A DNA stretch of 64,000 nucleotides from Candidatus Latescibacterota bacterium (GTDB lineage: Bacteria > Latescibacterota > UBA2968), in the NCBI GenBank assembly GCA_965204375.1, contig OZ241986.1:4128001-4192000 (forward strand), written 5' to 3'. Position numbers and translations under genes: made by a program. Each line of letters begins with the position of its first letter. The stretch's first letter is position 1. Shown in pieces: positions 40,624-50,119 of the stretch. The notes beneath the pieces were generated by a model. The model did no database searches and was not told the DNA's origin. It saw only the letters and a list, made by a program, of their open reading frames with translations.

Positions 40624-42038
40624 CCTTCCCACACCGGAATCGTCCCCGCAGTTGGGCCATCTTTCACCAGAAGCCGTTCGCCATCTGTAAAGCCCTCGGG
40701 GCGACCGACCAATTCTCCAATCAGACGGGACCGCCACATAGCCACCTCGTCCGCCCATCCGGGATCATCGGCGAGATTGGTCATCTCGCACGGATCATTT
40801 TCCACATCGAAAAACAACTCCCGCCCCTGCCCGGGTAAATACGCGAACTTGCGCTTGCCATCCGTCACGTACTGCATCCCGCTATTCGACGTAGGTACAC
40901 TCGCGCACTCGCCGTGCACATAATCGCGCCATTCCGCTTGTGAATCGCGAATAATCGGCAACACACTCTCCCCATCCACCGTATCGGGAATCGGAACCCC
41001 CACCGCATCGAGCAACGTCGGCATAATATCCATCAACTCAACCGGACGATCGATCACCTGCTCCTGCGGCAACCCCAAACCACCGGGAAACTTCATCAAC
41101 AGCGGAACCCGCGCAGACGGCTCAAAAGGATTGCGCTTTCGCAGCCACTGATGATCCCCCAGCATCTCCCCGTGATCAGACGCAAACACCACAATCGTAT
41201 TACTCGGCAACACGCGATTGCTAACCAGACGCGCAATCTGGTGATCGATATGCTCGACACACCCGTAATAACCCGCGCGCGTCGCCTTCATCACCGGAGG
41301 ATCCAGACACAAGCGCCAGCACTCCGGCTGCAACCCCCGCACGGGACCGTCAAAAACCCGCGCCCAATCCCCCACATACGGCTCGGGCAAATCCATCGCC
41401 ATATACTTATCGAAATAATGTGCAGGTGGCGTAACCGGCTGGTGCGGATGAATAAAATTAACCGCCAGAAACCACGGCTGATCTCCCCTTTGCGCATCGA
41501 TAAACTCCAGCCCCTTTTGCGTACACCAATTGGTAAAATGCAAATGCTCATCCAAATGCCATGGACGCCCTGGAAAACCATTGCTATACATCCCATGCGC
41601 ATCGGAAGCCCGGTGCCACGCCGCACCATTCTCGCGCACATACTTCTGATAATCATTATCAACCCCGGAAATCGGACTATCCGCCCATTCTGCGGAATCA
41701 AACCCCAACTCCCTCGCAGGCGGACCCCAGTGGGCCTTGCCCGAAAGATGGGTGCGATACCCCGCATCGCGCAACACCCCGGGCAACGTCGGCCACGGCA
41801 GCGGTGCGGATGCATTTTGAAGCGCACCGTGATTGCTCGGCTTGCGCCCCGTAATCACCGTACGGCGAGCCGGCACACACACCGGACAAGCCGAATAAGC
41901 GTGGCGAAAACGCACCCCCGACGCAGCCATAAAGTCCAGATTGGGCGTCTGCAACACGGGATGGCCCTCAATACCCAGGCAATCGCCGCGCTGCTGATCC
42001 GTCATAATAAGTAAAATATTGGGTCTGTTATCTGGCAT
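40620..42038 (-). CDS. Cys-type sulfatase
   Basis: PNILLIMTDQQR, CVPAR, GKAH, HPH, SDHGEMLG. Confidence 0.93.
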   Translation of the reverse strand: MPDNRPNILLIMTDQQRGDCLGIEGHPVLQTPNLDFMAASGVRFRHAYSACPVCVPARRTVITGRKPSNHGALQNASAPLPWPTLPGVLRDAGYRTHLSGKAHWGPPARELGFDSAEWADSPISGVDNDYQKYVRENGAAWHRASDAHGMYSNGFPGRPWHLDEHLHFTNWCTQKGLEFIDAQRGDQPWFLAVNFIHPHQPVTPPAHYFDKYMAMDLPEPYVGDWARVFDGPVRGLQPECWRLCLDPPVMKATRAGYYGCVEHIDHQIARLVSNRVLPSNTIVVFASDHGEMLGDHQWLRKRNPFEPSARVPLLMKFPGGLGLPQEQVIDRPVELMDIMPTLLDAVGVPIPDTVDGESVLPIIRDSQAEWRDYVHGECASVPTSNSGMQYVTDGKRKFAYLPGQGRELFFDVENDPCEMTNLADDPGWADEVAMWRSRLIGELVGRPEGFTDGERLLVKDGPTAGTIPVWEG

Positions 42039-42050
42039 TACAATCTCCTT

Positions 42051-42194
42051 TCTGAATCAGGATTTACAGGATTTAAGGATGAACAGGATAACATCAAAAG
42101 CAAAAGCAAAGGCGAAGATGACAAACAAAAACCTTCTGGATCGCGGCTCAAAAACATGCCGCGATGACGGGCGGGCACGGGGGCCCGCCCTTAC
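42051..42194. repeat. Composite element: TCTGAATCAGGAT.. + AAAG(G)C repeats + CTGGATCGCGG palindrome + GTAG-type hairpin
   Basis: Same module order as 55314-55516. Confidence 0.85.
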
Positions 42195-42215
42195 ATATTG
42201 GATACGTCTCTGTTA

Positions 42216-42920
42216 TTACTTACCCCCTGTAAAATGATGCATACAAATCGCGGCGGCGGCAGACACATTGAGAGATCCGATAGCACCGCGAGGGGCAATG
42301 CGGCATATTTCATCGCACTTATCGCGCGTAAGGCGTCGCATGCCGCTCTCCTCATTCCCCAGCACGAGAAGCCAGGAACGATCTGCAGAAAACGCGCTCA
42401 AATCCTTCTCCGCATGCTCAGAAGTCCCCAAAACCCACAAACCCACATCCTTCGCCACATCCAACGCCCGGCTCAAATTGGTCTGAACGGAAAACGGAAC
42501 ATACTCGACACCCCCCGAAGCAACATCGTACGCCGCGCCCGTCAGCGAAGCGGAACGATCTCGGGTAAGCAAAACACCGCGCACCCCAAAAAAAGCCGCC
42601 GTGCGAAAAATCGCACCCAGATTTTGCGGATCCTGAACCGTATCCAGCGCCAAAAAAAGCCCCGCATTATCGGCAAACAACGCCGCGAGATCACAACCCG
42701 GATGTTCTTTAACCGCTGCTTCCGCATCTCCCCCACGAGATCGACCGTGTCCCTCTCCCCTCCCGGCAAACACGCGCACACCAATATCCTCTGCCCGCTC
42801 CCGCACCGCTCTCCACGTACCACTACCCTCCCCAGAAGACAATCGAATCTCAATCACATCTTGTGGACGCTTTTCTATCACCGCCAGAATACTGTGCGGA
42901 TTTTTGAGGTAAATCGGCAT
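42216..42920 (-). CDS. TrmH/SpoU family RNA methyltransferase (RlmB-like)
   Basis: LDTVQDPQNLGAIFRTA, VASG, LGNEESG, SLNVSAAA. Confidence 0.92.
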   Translation of the reverse strand: MPIYLKNPHSILAVIEKRPQDVIEIRLSSGEGSGTWRAVRERAEDIGVRVFAGRGEGHGRSRGGDAEAAVKEHPGCDLAALFADNAGLFLALDTVQDPQNLGAIFRTAAFFGVRGVLLTRDRSASLTGAAYDVASGGVEYVPFSVQTNLSRALDVAKDVGLWVLGTSEHAEKDLSAFSADRSWLLVLGNEESGMRRLTRDKCDEICRIAPRGAIGSLNVSAAAAICMHHFTGGK

Positions 42921-42927
42921 ATTGTCT

Positions 42928-43413
42928 CTATTTGCTCTCAAATTTATCGACTCGCGGCACGCGCTTCTCCAACTCAATCTGTGACGTAACTGGCTCTGTT
43001 CCAGCCCCGTACAAATAAACCAGATTTCCACCCGTATATCCCGCCGCGCACACCAGACCCGCGGTAACAAGACCAAAAACGAGATACACATAGCGAACAA
43101 TCCCGACAAACTTCTTCTTCAAAACAAAATGCGTGCGCACCAGCGCCAGCGCAACAGCGAGGAACGCAGTGACCGTCCCGAGCGTATCATGGTCGTCCAG
43201 ATCCGCCGCAATACCATCGATATGTTGCGCAACCTCGGCGGCACTATCCCCGGTAAGCGCGACCGGAATCGCGGTCAAAGCACCGAGCGAAAAGAGCAAA
43301 AACCCCGCTCTCAAAAAAAAATCGCGGTCATTTAATATCCCAATCGCATCGCAAACAACGCCGATGATCAGCAATACAATGGGAAAATGTGCGATAAGAG
43401 GGTGGATATCCAT
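42928..43413 (-). CDS. DUF2231 membrane protein
   Basis: HPLIAHFPI, TG..A...H...G, GYTGG.LVY.YGAG. Confidence 0.85.
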   Translation of the reverse strand: MDIHPLIAHFPIVLLIIGVVCDAIGILNDRDFFLRAGFLLFSLGALTAIPVALTGDSAAEVAQHIDGIAADLDDHDTLGTVTAFLAVALALVRTHFVLKKKFVGIVRYVYLVFGLVTAGLVCAAGYTGGNLVYLYGAGTEPVTSQIELEKRVPRVDKFESK

Positions 43414-43509
43414 AACAAAGTAAAAAAAATATTTCAATCCCGCGAAAAATCCATTACAATGGGCGGATTAAGATATAAACAAACAAGACCTACCACAAGG
43501 AAGGATTGC

Positions 43510-44835
43510 ATGAACGACCAACCAAACATCTTATTTATGCACTCGCACAACACCGGAACCTATATTGAACCTTACGGACACGCCGTACCAACGCCACACC
43601 TGCAGCAACTGGCAGAACAAGGCGTACTATTTCGGCGGGCGTATGCCACAGCCCCCACCTGTTCGCCCAGCAGAGCCAGCTTCTTAACCGGCATGTACCC
43701 CCATACCTGTGGCATGACAGGCCTTGCACACCGCGGCTTTGCCATGACGAATTACGACTGGCATGCAGCCCGCATCTTCAAGACACATGGCTATTTTACC
43801 GCAACCGCTGGCGTGGAACACACCGCACCGGACCTGGACACCATTGGATACCGCGAAATCCTCTCCGGACTGGACACAAATTACCCCGGACAGCCCAAAT
43901 GGATCGAACCCGCGGATGCCGTCGTAGAATTCTTAAAAAACGCCCCCCAACACCCCTTCTTCCTCAACCTCGGCTTAAACGAAACGCACCGACCATTTCA
44001 CAGTGCCGAACCCGACAAATACCCCGCAGAACGCGAACAATACTGCATTCCCCCCCGTCCCCTGCCCGACACACCGGAAACGCGCGCCGACACAGCCGAC
44101 TACAAAGCCTCTGCGCGCATCATGGACAACCACTACGGCAACGTACTCACAGCACTCGAAGAAACCGGCCTATCAGACAACACCCTCGTATTCTGCTTTG
44201 CCGATCACGGCCTGCAATTCCCGCGCAACATGTGCAACCTCACAGACCACGGCATCGGCGTGTACCTCATCATACGCGGACCCGGCTTTGAAGGCGGAAA
44301 AACCCTAAACGCGATGGTCAGCTTGATGGACCTCTTACCCACGGCATATCGCGCTGCCGGCATTGAAATACCCGACCACGTACAGGGAAAATCTCTACAT
44401 CCTCTGATAGACGAGGACCGCCACCGGGAAGAAATCTTTTCAGAAGTCTCTTATCACGCCGCGTATGAACCCATGCGAAGCATCCGCACGGAGCGATACA
44501 AATACATTCGGCGATACGACAACCGCGACAAACTCGTATTGCCCAACGTGGATGACACCCCCACAAAAGCCTTCTTACTCAACCAAAACTGGGAAAAATT
44601 GCCGCGAGATCAGGAAATGTTATACGATCTTATATTCGACCCCGATGAAACGCACAACATCATCGACCGGGCAGACATGGCACCTGTGCGAAAAGATCTG
44701 AGCCATCGATTGTACGCATGGATGAAAGAAACGCATGATCCCCTGTTGCCAGACGGACACGTCGCTGCGCCGGGTGGTTCTAAAGTCAACAACTCCGATG
44801 GCCGTTCGCCGAAAGAGGTACCGGAGGAAGTGTGA
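43510..44835 (+). CDS. Cys-type sulfatase
   Basis: PNILF, TCSPSRAS, THRPF, ADHG. Confidence 0.92.
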   Translation: MNDQPNILFMHSHNTGTYIEPYGHAVPTPHLQQLAEQGVLFRRAYATAPTCSPSRASFLTGMYPHTCGMTGLAHRGFAMTNYDWHAARIFKTHGYFTATAGVEHTAPDLDTIGYREILSGLDTNYPGQPKWIEPADAVVEFLKNAPQHPFFLNLGLNETHRPFHSAEPDKYPAEREQYCIPPRPLPDTPETRADTADYKASARIMDNHYGNVLTALEETGLSDNTLVFCFADHGLQFPRNMCNLTDHGIGVYLIIRGPGFEGGKTLNAMVSLMDLLPTAYRAAGIEIPDHVQGKSLHPLIDEDRHREEIFSEVSYHAAYEPMRSIRTERYKYIRRYDNRDKLVLPNVDDTPTKAFLLNQNWEKLPRDQEMLYDLIFDPDETHNIIDRADMAPVRKDLSHRLYAWMKETHDPLLPDGHVAAPGGSKVNNSDGRSPKEVPEEV

Positions 44836-45102
44836 AGGAGGAAGTGTGAAGGAGGAAGTGTGAAGGAGGAAGTGTGAAGGAGGAAGTGTGAAGGAGGAAG
44901 TGTGAAGTGTGAAGTGTGAAGGAGGAAGTGTGAAGGAGGAAGTGTGAAGTGTGAAGTGTGAAGGAGGAAGTGTGAAGGAGGAAGTGTGAAGGAGGAAGTG
45001 TGAAGGAGGAAGTGTGAAGGAGGAAGTGTGAAGGAGGAAGTGTGAAGGAGCACCAGCCTCTGGGAGTTGGGCGGGGCCTTCTCACTTCTCACTTCTAACT
45101 TT
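44823..45102 (-). repeat. Heptamer-arm element in reverse orientation with an about 225-bp (AGGAGGAAGTGTGA)n arm
   Basis: Array begins in the last codons GAG GAA GTG TGA; core GCACCAGCCTCTGGGAGTTGGGCGGGGCC; short (CTTCTCA) arm. Confidence 0.92.
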
Positions 45103-45119
45103 TATTAAGGAGGCACCCC

Positions 45120-46217
45120 ATGAAAATGCAAGCATCGCTACTCTATGAGCCGGGCAGGCCACTGGAAGTAGCCGACCTGGACCTGGAAGGACCAAAAGAA
45201 GACGAAGTCATGGTACGCATGATCGCCACTGGCGTATGTCACAGTTGTTTGCACGTCGTAGATGGAAGCTGGACCGGATATCCAATGCCCATGGTCCTCG
45301 GAGATGAAGGGGCTGGAATCGTCGAAGAAGTGGGACCTGGCGTTCGGCATGTAAAACCCGGCGACCACGTCATCCTATCCTGGGCACCCGCATGTGGGCG
45401 CTGTCACTACTGCGTAACCGGACTATCGCACTTATGTGAACACCAGATGCCGGGCAAAGGGGTATTGATGGACGGCACATCCAGAATGAAAATAAAAGGA
45501 CAAACCGTGTACCATTACGGACCTGCGTGCAGCTACGCCTCATACTCCGTCATGCCCGCCTCCTGTGCGGTCCCCATCCGAAATGACATGCCCCTCGAAG
45601 TAGCCGCACTAATCGGATGTTCGGTCATGACCGGTGTGGGATCCGTCATCAACACCGCAGCCGTAACGCCCGGAGCGAGCATGGCCGTATTCGGCACCGG
45701 GGGAATTGGCCTGAACGTCATACAGGGCGGTACCCTGGTACAGGCACACCCCATAATCGCAATAGACATCAACCCGGCCAAATTGGAATACGCAAAATCC
45801 TTTGGCGCGACGCATACCATCGACGCCAGCAAAGAAAATCCGGTCGAAGCCATAAAAGACCTCACCGGACGCGGGGCGGATTATTCATTTGTAGCAGTCG
45901 GCAACGCGCAAGTCATCAATCAAGCCTGGGACTGTCTCGCATCCAGAGGGCAGTGCTTACTCATCGGCCTGCCCCCAACCGGCTCCACTGTCACCTTCGA
46001 CACCGGCAGCCTCCAATCCAACGAACGCATCCTGCGCGGCTGCAGGTATGGAAGCGCGAGAACCTGGGACGACTTCCCGCGCATGGTAGAACTCTACCTG
46101 GCGGGCAAACTAAAAATCGACGAACTCGTAACCCGGCGATTTGACCTCGAAGGCGCCAACGAAGCATTTGACGCACTGGCGGCTGGAGAAGTCGCGCGGG
46201 GATTGATCGTTTTCTAA
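45120..46217 (+). CDS. Zn-dependent alcohol dehydrogenase (MDR family)
   Basis: GVCHS, GDEGAG, CGRCHYC...C, GCSVMTG, GTGGIG. Confidence 0.93.
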   Translation: MKMQASLLYEPGRPLEVADLDLEGPKEDEVMVRMIATGVCHSCLHVVDGSWTGYPMPMVLGDEGAGIVEEVGPGVRHVKPGDHVILSWAPACGRCHYCVTGLSHLCEHQMPGKGVLMDGTSRMKIKGQTVYHYGPACSYASYSVMPASCAVPIRNDMPLEVAALIGCSVMTGVGSVINTAAVTPGASMAVFGTGGIGLNVIQGGTLVQAHPIIAIDINPAKLEYAKSFGATHTIDASKENPVEAIKDLTGRGADYSFVAVGNAQVINQAWDCLASRGQCLLIGLPPTGSTVTFDTGSLQSNERILRGCRYGSARTWDDFPRMVELYLAGKLKIDELVTRRFDLEGANEAFDALAAGEVARGLIVF

Positions 46218-46218
46218 A

Positions 46219-46653
46219 TCAAAGACTATCTACAGAACTGGAAGCGGAAAAAATATTGATAATAGCGCGTTGCGAGAGCGTATCTGAAAACGAAACCCGG
46301 GGAGAATCGGTCCGGCTCGTATCCATAACCGCAACTGGCGATTCGGGAGATCCTGTCGCCGCGGGATCGGGCTGCGACTGGCGGATACCCAAAACCGCAA
46401 ACAGGACAATCCCCATCGCAAAAGCCATCTGATAAACGGGCAAGCGCACCGGGAACCTGAGAGAACGCAACACATTGAACCCACTGCGTTCTCGCGCGGA
46501 CATCTGGGCAACAACAGCATTGCGAATCGCCGGATCGGGTTCAAGACCGCCGGACCCGGGAACCGCAAGCGCCTGCTTCAACACCCCATCTACACCCTCT
46601 TTATTGTCAAACTCGATAGGAATAACCCGCCTCATATCCATCTCCTCATCCAC
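46219..46653 (-). CDS. Putative single-TM anti-sigma factor
   Basis: Overlaps the ECF sigma stop; one hydrophobic segment. Confidence 0.55.
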   Translation of the reverse strand: MDEEMDMRRVIPIEFDNKEGVDGVLKQALAVPGSGGLEPDPAIRNAVVAQMSARERSGFNVLRSLRFPVRLPVYQMAFAMGIVLFAVLGIRQSQPDPAATGSPESPVAVMDTSRTDSPRVSFSDTLSQRAIINIFSASSSVDSL

Positions 46654-47248
46654 ACAGGGAATTTCGCCCCTGGAGTTTCTCTGCCAACTTCTGCGTAACA
46701 TGGTGCAGCCTCGATTTGACCGTCCCCTCGGGACACTGGAGAATCTGGCTAATCTCTCGAATACTGCGACACTCCTGATGCCGCAATAAAAACGTCGTAC
46801 GCTGATCCACACTGAGCTGATCCAACTCATCCATCAACGCCTGCAAAAAAGCCCGCTCATCGCACGCCTTCTCAATATCATGATCACCGTCAAACCACCC
46901 ACAATGCAGATCGATATCGGGATCATTAACCACAATTTTCCGCACACTCTGCTTGCGATACTCATTCTTGCACATATTGTGTGCAACCGTATAAAGCCAG
47001 GACGCAAACGCATGACCCCGCTTAAACCGGGCGGGCTTTTCGACAATCTTCAAAAACAAATCCTGGAGAAAATCCTGCGCCTTCTCCTCGTCCCCCCCCA
47101 GCATGCGATGAAAATAGTAAAGCATCCGCTTGCTATATCGGGCATAGAGTTCGTCAAACGCGGCCGTATCGCCCCGCTGAATGCGGGCCATGAGCTTTTC
47201 ATCGGAAAGCGTGTGATATTTTCTCGGGAACATAAAAACCCAAACCAT
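46646..47248 (-). CDS. ECF RNA polymerase sigma-70 factor
   Basis: AFDELYARY, AQDFLQDLFLK, FASWLYTVAHN, EISQIL..PEGTVKSRL. Confidence 0.95.
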   Translation of the reverse strand: MVWVFMFPRKYHTLSDEKLMARIQRGDTAAFDELYARYSKRMLYYFHRMLGGDEEKAQDFLQDLFLKIVEKPARFKRGHAFASWLYTVAHNMCKNEYRKQSVRKIVVNDPDIDLHCGWFDGDHDIEKACDERAFLQALMDELDQLSVDQRTTFLLRHQECRSIREISQILQCPEGTVKSRLHHVTQKLAEKLQGRNSLCG

Positions 47249-47420
47249 GCGTGATTTACTGCGCGTCTCTACCTATTGCATACACCTGACATTGCCAAAA
47301 AGTTCAAACTTTTTTATTCAGCGTTAAAAATGGGTTGCCTTACTTGACACAAAAAGACATATTTTCTTAACGCAGGAACGGTAAATGAGCACTCAGGCAA
47401 TACCCTACAAGGAGTAATAC

Positions 47421-47843
47421 ATGGAAGCCACCATTACAAAGCCACCAGAGGAAGAAGCTGCTTCTCGATTGCTTTATCATTGTTGGAGGGGTCGATTTGA
47501 TGACAAACATGAAGCGTTTAGCTTTCCCGGTATTACAGAAGGAATGAGTGAAAAAGTATTAAAAGACACTGAACAGCCAGTCAACACATTCCAAATTGAT
47601 TTGCCATTAACGACTGGAAAGTGGCCTATCGTTTTTGAAGAATTTGTAGATGGATGGGTAGTGTTTTTTAAGGATTTTCCGAGTATTATCGCCAGTAGTG
47701 ACGATGGCAGTTTGGAAGATGCGCTGGACAGTTTAGCAGATATTGTGCTTGACGATTTTCAAATCATGGAAGAATACAAAAACAACGTTTCTTCATATAT
47801 GAAGAAACGGCATCAATTCTTAAAAAAGGTTTTCAAAACATGA
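47421..47843 (+). CDS. HicB-like protein
   Basis: DGWVVFFKDFPSI.....SLEDAL; ATGA overlap with the HicA-like gene. Confidence 0.6.
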   Translation: MEATITKPPEEEAASRLLYHCWRGRFDDKHEAFSFPGITEGMSEKVLKDTEQPVNTFQIDLPLTTGKWPIVFEEFVDGWVVFFKDFPSIIASSDDGSLEDALDSLADIVLDDFQIMEEYKNNVSSYMKKRHQFLKKVFKT

Positions 47844-48115
47844 ACTTGCAAGAACATCGAAGAAAGGTGCTTGTAAAGCTCGGATTTGTTAAAAAAGGCG
47901 GAACGAAACATGAAAGATGGATACTTATGGATGATGAAGGAACGCCATACGCAACAACGCGTGTGAGTCGCAATAAGCGTGATATTGGACCTACTCTCAG
48001 AAGATTATTCTGCGGTGAATTGCACATCTCAACAAAACAATACACGGAAATTGCATCATGCAACATGTCAAAAACCGATTATTACAATCATCTGCTTAAT
48101 AATGGAATTATATAA
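47840..48115 (+). CDS. HicA-like toxin
   Basis: LVKLGFVKKGGTKHERW...DIGPTL. Confidence 0.7.
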   Translation: MNLQEHRRKVLVKLGFVKKGGTKHERWILMDDEGTPYATTRVSRNKRDIGPTLRRLFCGELHISTKQYTEIASCNMSKTDYYNHLLNNGII

Positions 48116-48134
48116 CCTGTGTCGTGCGGAACAC

Positions 48135-48178
48135 AAAAATCGGGCTTGTTATGTTGGTAAGCCCGATTTTTTATTTTT
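48135..48178. terminator. Bidirectional intrinsic terminator
   Basis: AAAAATCGGGCTT-N11-AAGCCCGATTTTTT. Confidence 0.8.
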
Positions 48179-48649
48179 TTACTGCGTAACATCAGCTTCC
48201 ACGACAAATTTGACCTTACAGTTCACAATATGCAATAACGCCAGCAGTTGCCGAACAGATTTTCGATAATTGGTCTGGTCCAGAAGGCGGTAGTATTGCG
48301 CGGGTGACGTACCGAGCCGACGAATAATCTCACGGGTACTCAACGGCGATTTCTCCACAGCCTCCCGAACCCGACACGTCAACTCATAGAGCAACAAATC
48401 TGCCATATAGCCGGGATCGCGATTGTATTCGAGCACATGATCAATGTGAACCGTCCCCTCATCTCCAGAAGCGAGCACATAGACAAACCCCTCATTGTCC
48501 AACTCCGGATCCACATAAACGTTGACAACCCAGCGCCCTTTTTGCGGTATTGGTCGCACAACCGCATAGGGAAACACATAGGTATTATTGTACGTATGAA
48601 CTTCAAAAGCCTTCTTCCGATTATTCGGCACAACTCTTCGAATTTTCAA
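48179..48649 (-). CDS. Putative antitoxin (DUF2442-like + HTH)
   Basis: Coupled to the DUF4160 gene; STREIIRRLGTSPAQYYRL HTH. Confidence 0.7.
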   Translation of the reverse strand: MKIRRVVPNNRKKAFEVHTYNNTYVFPYAVVRPIPQKGRWVVNVYVDPELDNEGFVYVLASGDEGTVHIDHVLEYNRDPGYMADLLLYELTCRVREAVEKSPLSTREIIRRLGTSPAQYYRLLDQTNYRKSVRQLLALLHIVNCKVKFVVEADVTQ

Positions 48650-48840
48650 AGCATTCCCCTATCTTGCAATTCTTGGATATATCGTAAAATTTGACCCGTA
48701 GGCTTGCCCTTCATCGCCCTATTATTTTCCAAATCCCATTTCACAACCAGCTTGCCCGACCAATAGACGTGAACATGTCTTGGGGGATGGTCGCCAGCCC
48801 AAAACACAAAAATGAAATTTCCTCGCCGAATTCTACCCAT
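48646..48840 (-). CDS. DUF4160 family toxin
   Basis: DHPPRHVHV motif. Confidence 0.85.
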   Translation of the reverse strand: MGRIRRGNFIFVFWAGDHPPRHVHVYWSGKLVVKWDLENNRAMKGKPTGQILRYIQELQDRGML

Positions 48841-48845
48841 TCTTA

Positions 48846-48875
48846 AATGTAACCATATAAGGTTACACTTGTCAA
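48846..48875 (-). promoter_or_regulatory. Sigma70-like promoter with palindromic operator; probably a leaderless mRNA
   Basis: TTGACA-N18-TACATT; TGTAACC-N6-GGTTACA at 48848-48867; ATG 5 nt after the -10 box. Confidence 0.65.
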
Positions 48876-48994
48876 GAGCGGCAAAAAATTTTCATTTATA
48901 AAGTTCAAATTTTTTCTATTTTTTATTTATATTGAGTGGGTGTATGTCATTGTTTTTTGATCTATGCAACCCCTCAATTCAACCGGAGGCAATC

Positions 48995-50104
48995 GTGGAA
49001 AGCGTAAAACGTCGCGACTTCATAAAAAAAGCTGGCCTTGCCGGCGGTGCTGCATTCTTGGCGGGCTGTGCATCCCCACAGGAAACCGGGGCACCTGCTG
49101 TACAAACGCGCAAAAAATACGAATGGAAAATGGTCACAACCTGGCCGCCTCATTATCCCATCCTGGGTGACGCGGCTAATCATATTGCCAAATGGACGGA
49201 AGAAATGTCGGAAGGCCAACTCAAAATACAGGTCTATGGCGGCGGCGAACTGATCCCACCCCTGGAAGGATTTGAGGCCGTAAGCACGGGAACAGCGGAA
49301 ATGTGTCACGGCGTATCGTATTATTGGGCTGGAAAAGCACCGGCGACGCAATTTTTTGCCTCTGTACCCTTTGGCATGAACGCCCAACAGATGAACGCCT
49401 GGATCCTCAGCGGCGGAGGCCTCGCCTTATGGGAAGAACTCTACGCGCCATTTAACCTGCTGCCGATACCCGCTGGCAACACCGGCATGCAGATGGGCGG
49501 ATGGTTTAACCGCGAAATCAACGCAATAAGCGACTTACAGGGCCTCAAAATGCGTATTCCAGGATTAGGGGGCAAAGTCATCTCCAAAGCTGGCGGATCG
49601 GCAGTCTTATCGGCGGGTGCAGAAATTTTCACCAATCTGGAGCGAGGCGTCATTGATGCAACGGAATGGATTGCTCCCTTTCACGATTTTATGATGGGGT
49701 TTCACAAAGCCGCGAAATACTATTATTACCCCGGCTGGCATGAACCGGGCACCACGACAGAACTGATCATCAACAAATCCGCCTTTGAGGGCCTGCCCAA
49801 ACACCTGCAAGCAATTGTGCGAACCGCCACAGCGCGAGTAAATACATGGGCACTATCGGAGTTTGAAGCAAAAAACAATGCGTTTCTGAAAATCCTGACA
49901 GAAGATCACAATATAATATTGAAAAAATTCCCAGACGAAGTCCTCAAAATACTTCACAAATATTCAGAGGAAGTCATAGATGAAGTCGTCACGGCCGATG
50001 CCATGAGCAACAAGGTGTTTGCATCTTTTGAGGCATTCCGCAACAGAGTAAAGGGCTGGGCGGCGATATCGGAGAAAATCTATTACTCGGACTTGAGTGG
50101 ATAA
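48995..50104 (+). CDS. dctP: TRAP substrate-binding lipoprotein (TakP-like, Tat signal)
   Basis: KRRDFIKK..LAGC, WKMVTTWP, GNTGMQMGGWF, KMRIPGLG, YYYPGWHEPG. Confidence 0.92.
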   Translation: MESVKRRDFIKKAGLAGGAAFLAGCASPQETGAPAVQTRKKYEWKMVTTWPPHYPILGDAANHIAKWTEEMSEGQLKIQVYGGGELIPPLEGFEAVSTGTAEMCHGVSYYWAGKAPATQFFASVPFGMNAQQMNAWILSGGGLALWEELYAPFNLLPIPAGNTGMQMGGWFNREINAISDLQGLKMRIPGLGGKVISKAGGSAVLSAGAEIFTNLERGVIDATEWIAPFHDFMMGFHKAAKYYYYPGWHEPGTTTELIINKSAFEGLPKHLQAIVRTATARVNTWALSEFEAKNNAFLKILTEDHNIILKKFPDEVLKILHKYSEEVIDEVVTADAMSNKVFASFEAFRNRVKGWAAISEKIYYSDLSG

Positions 50105-50119
50105 CTGCGGATCACACTG

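Noticed and set aside
44823-45049. Possible CRISPR array
   Set aside because: Pure 7/14-bp tandem units with no unique spacers and no cas genes
44610-45092. ORFs with LHTSSFTLPPSHF repeats
   Set aside because: Translation artefacts of a stop-free heptamer array
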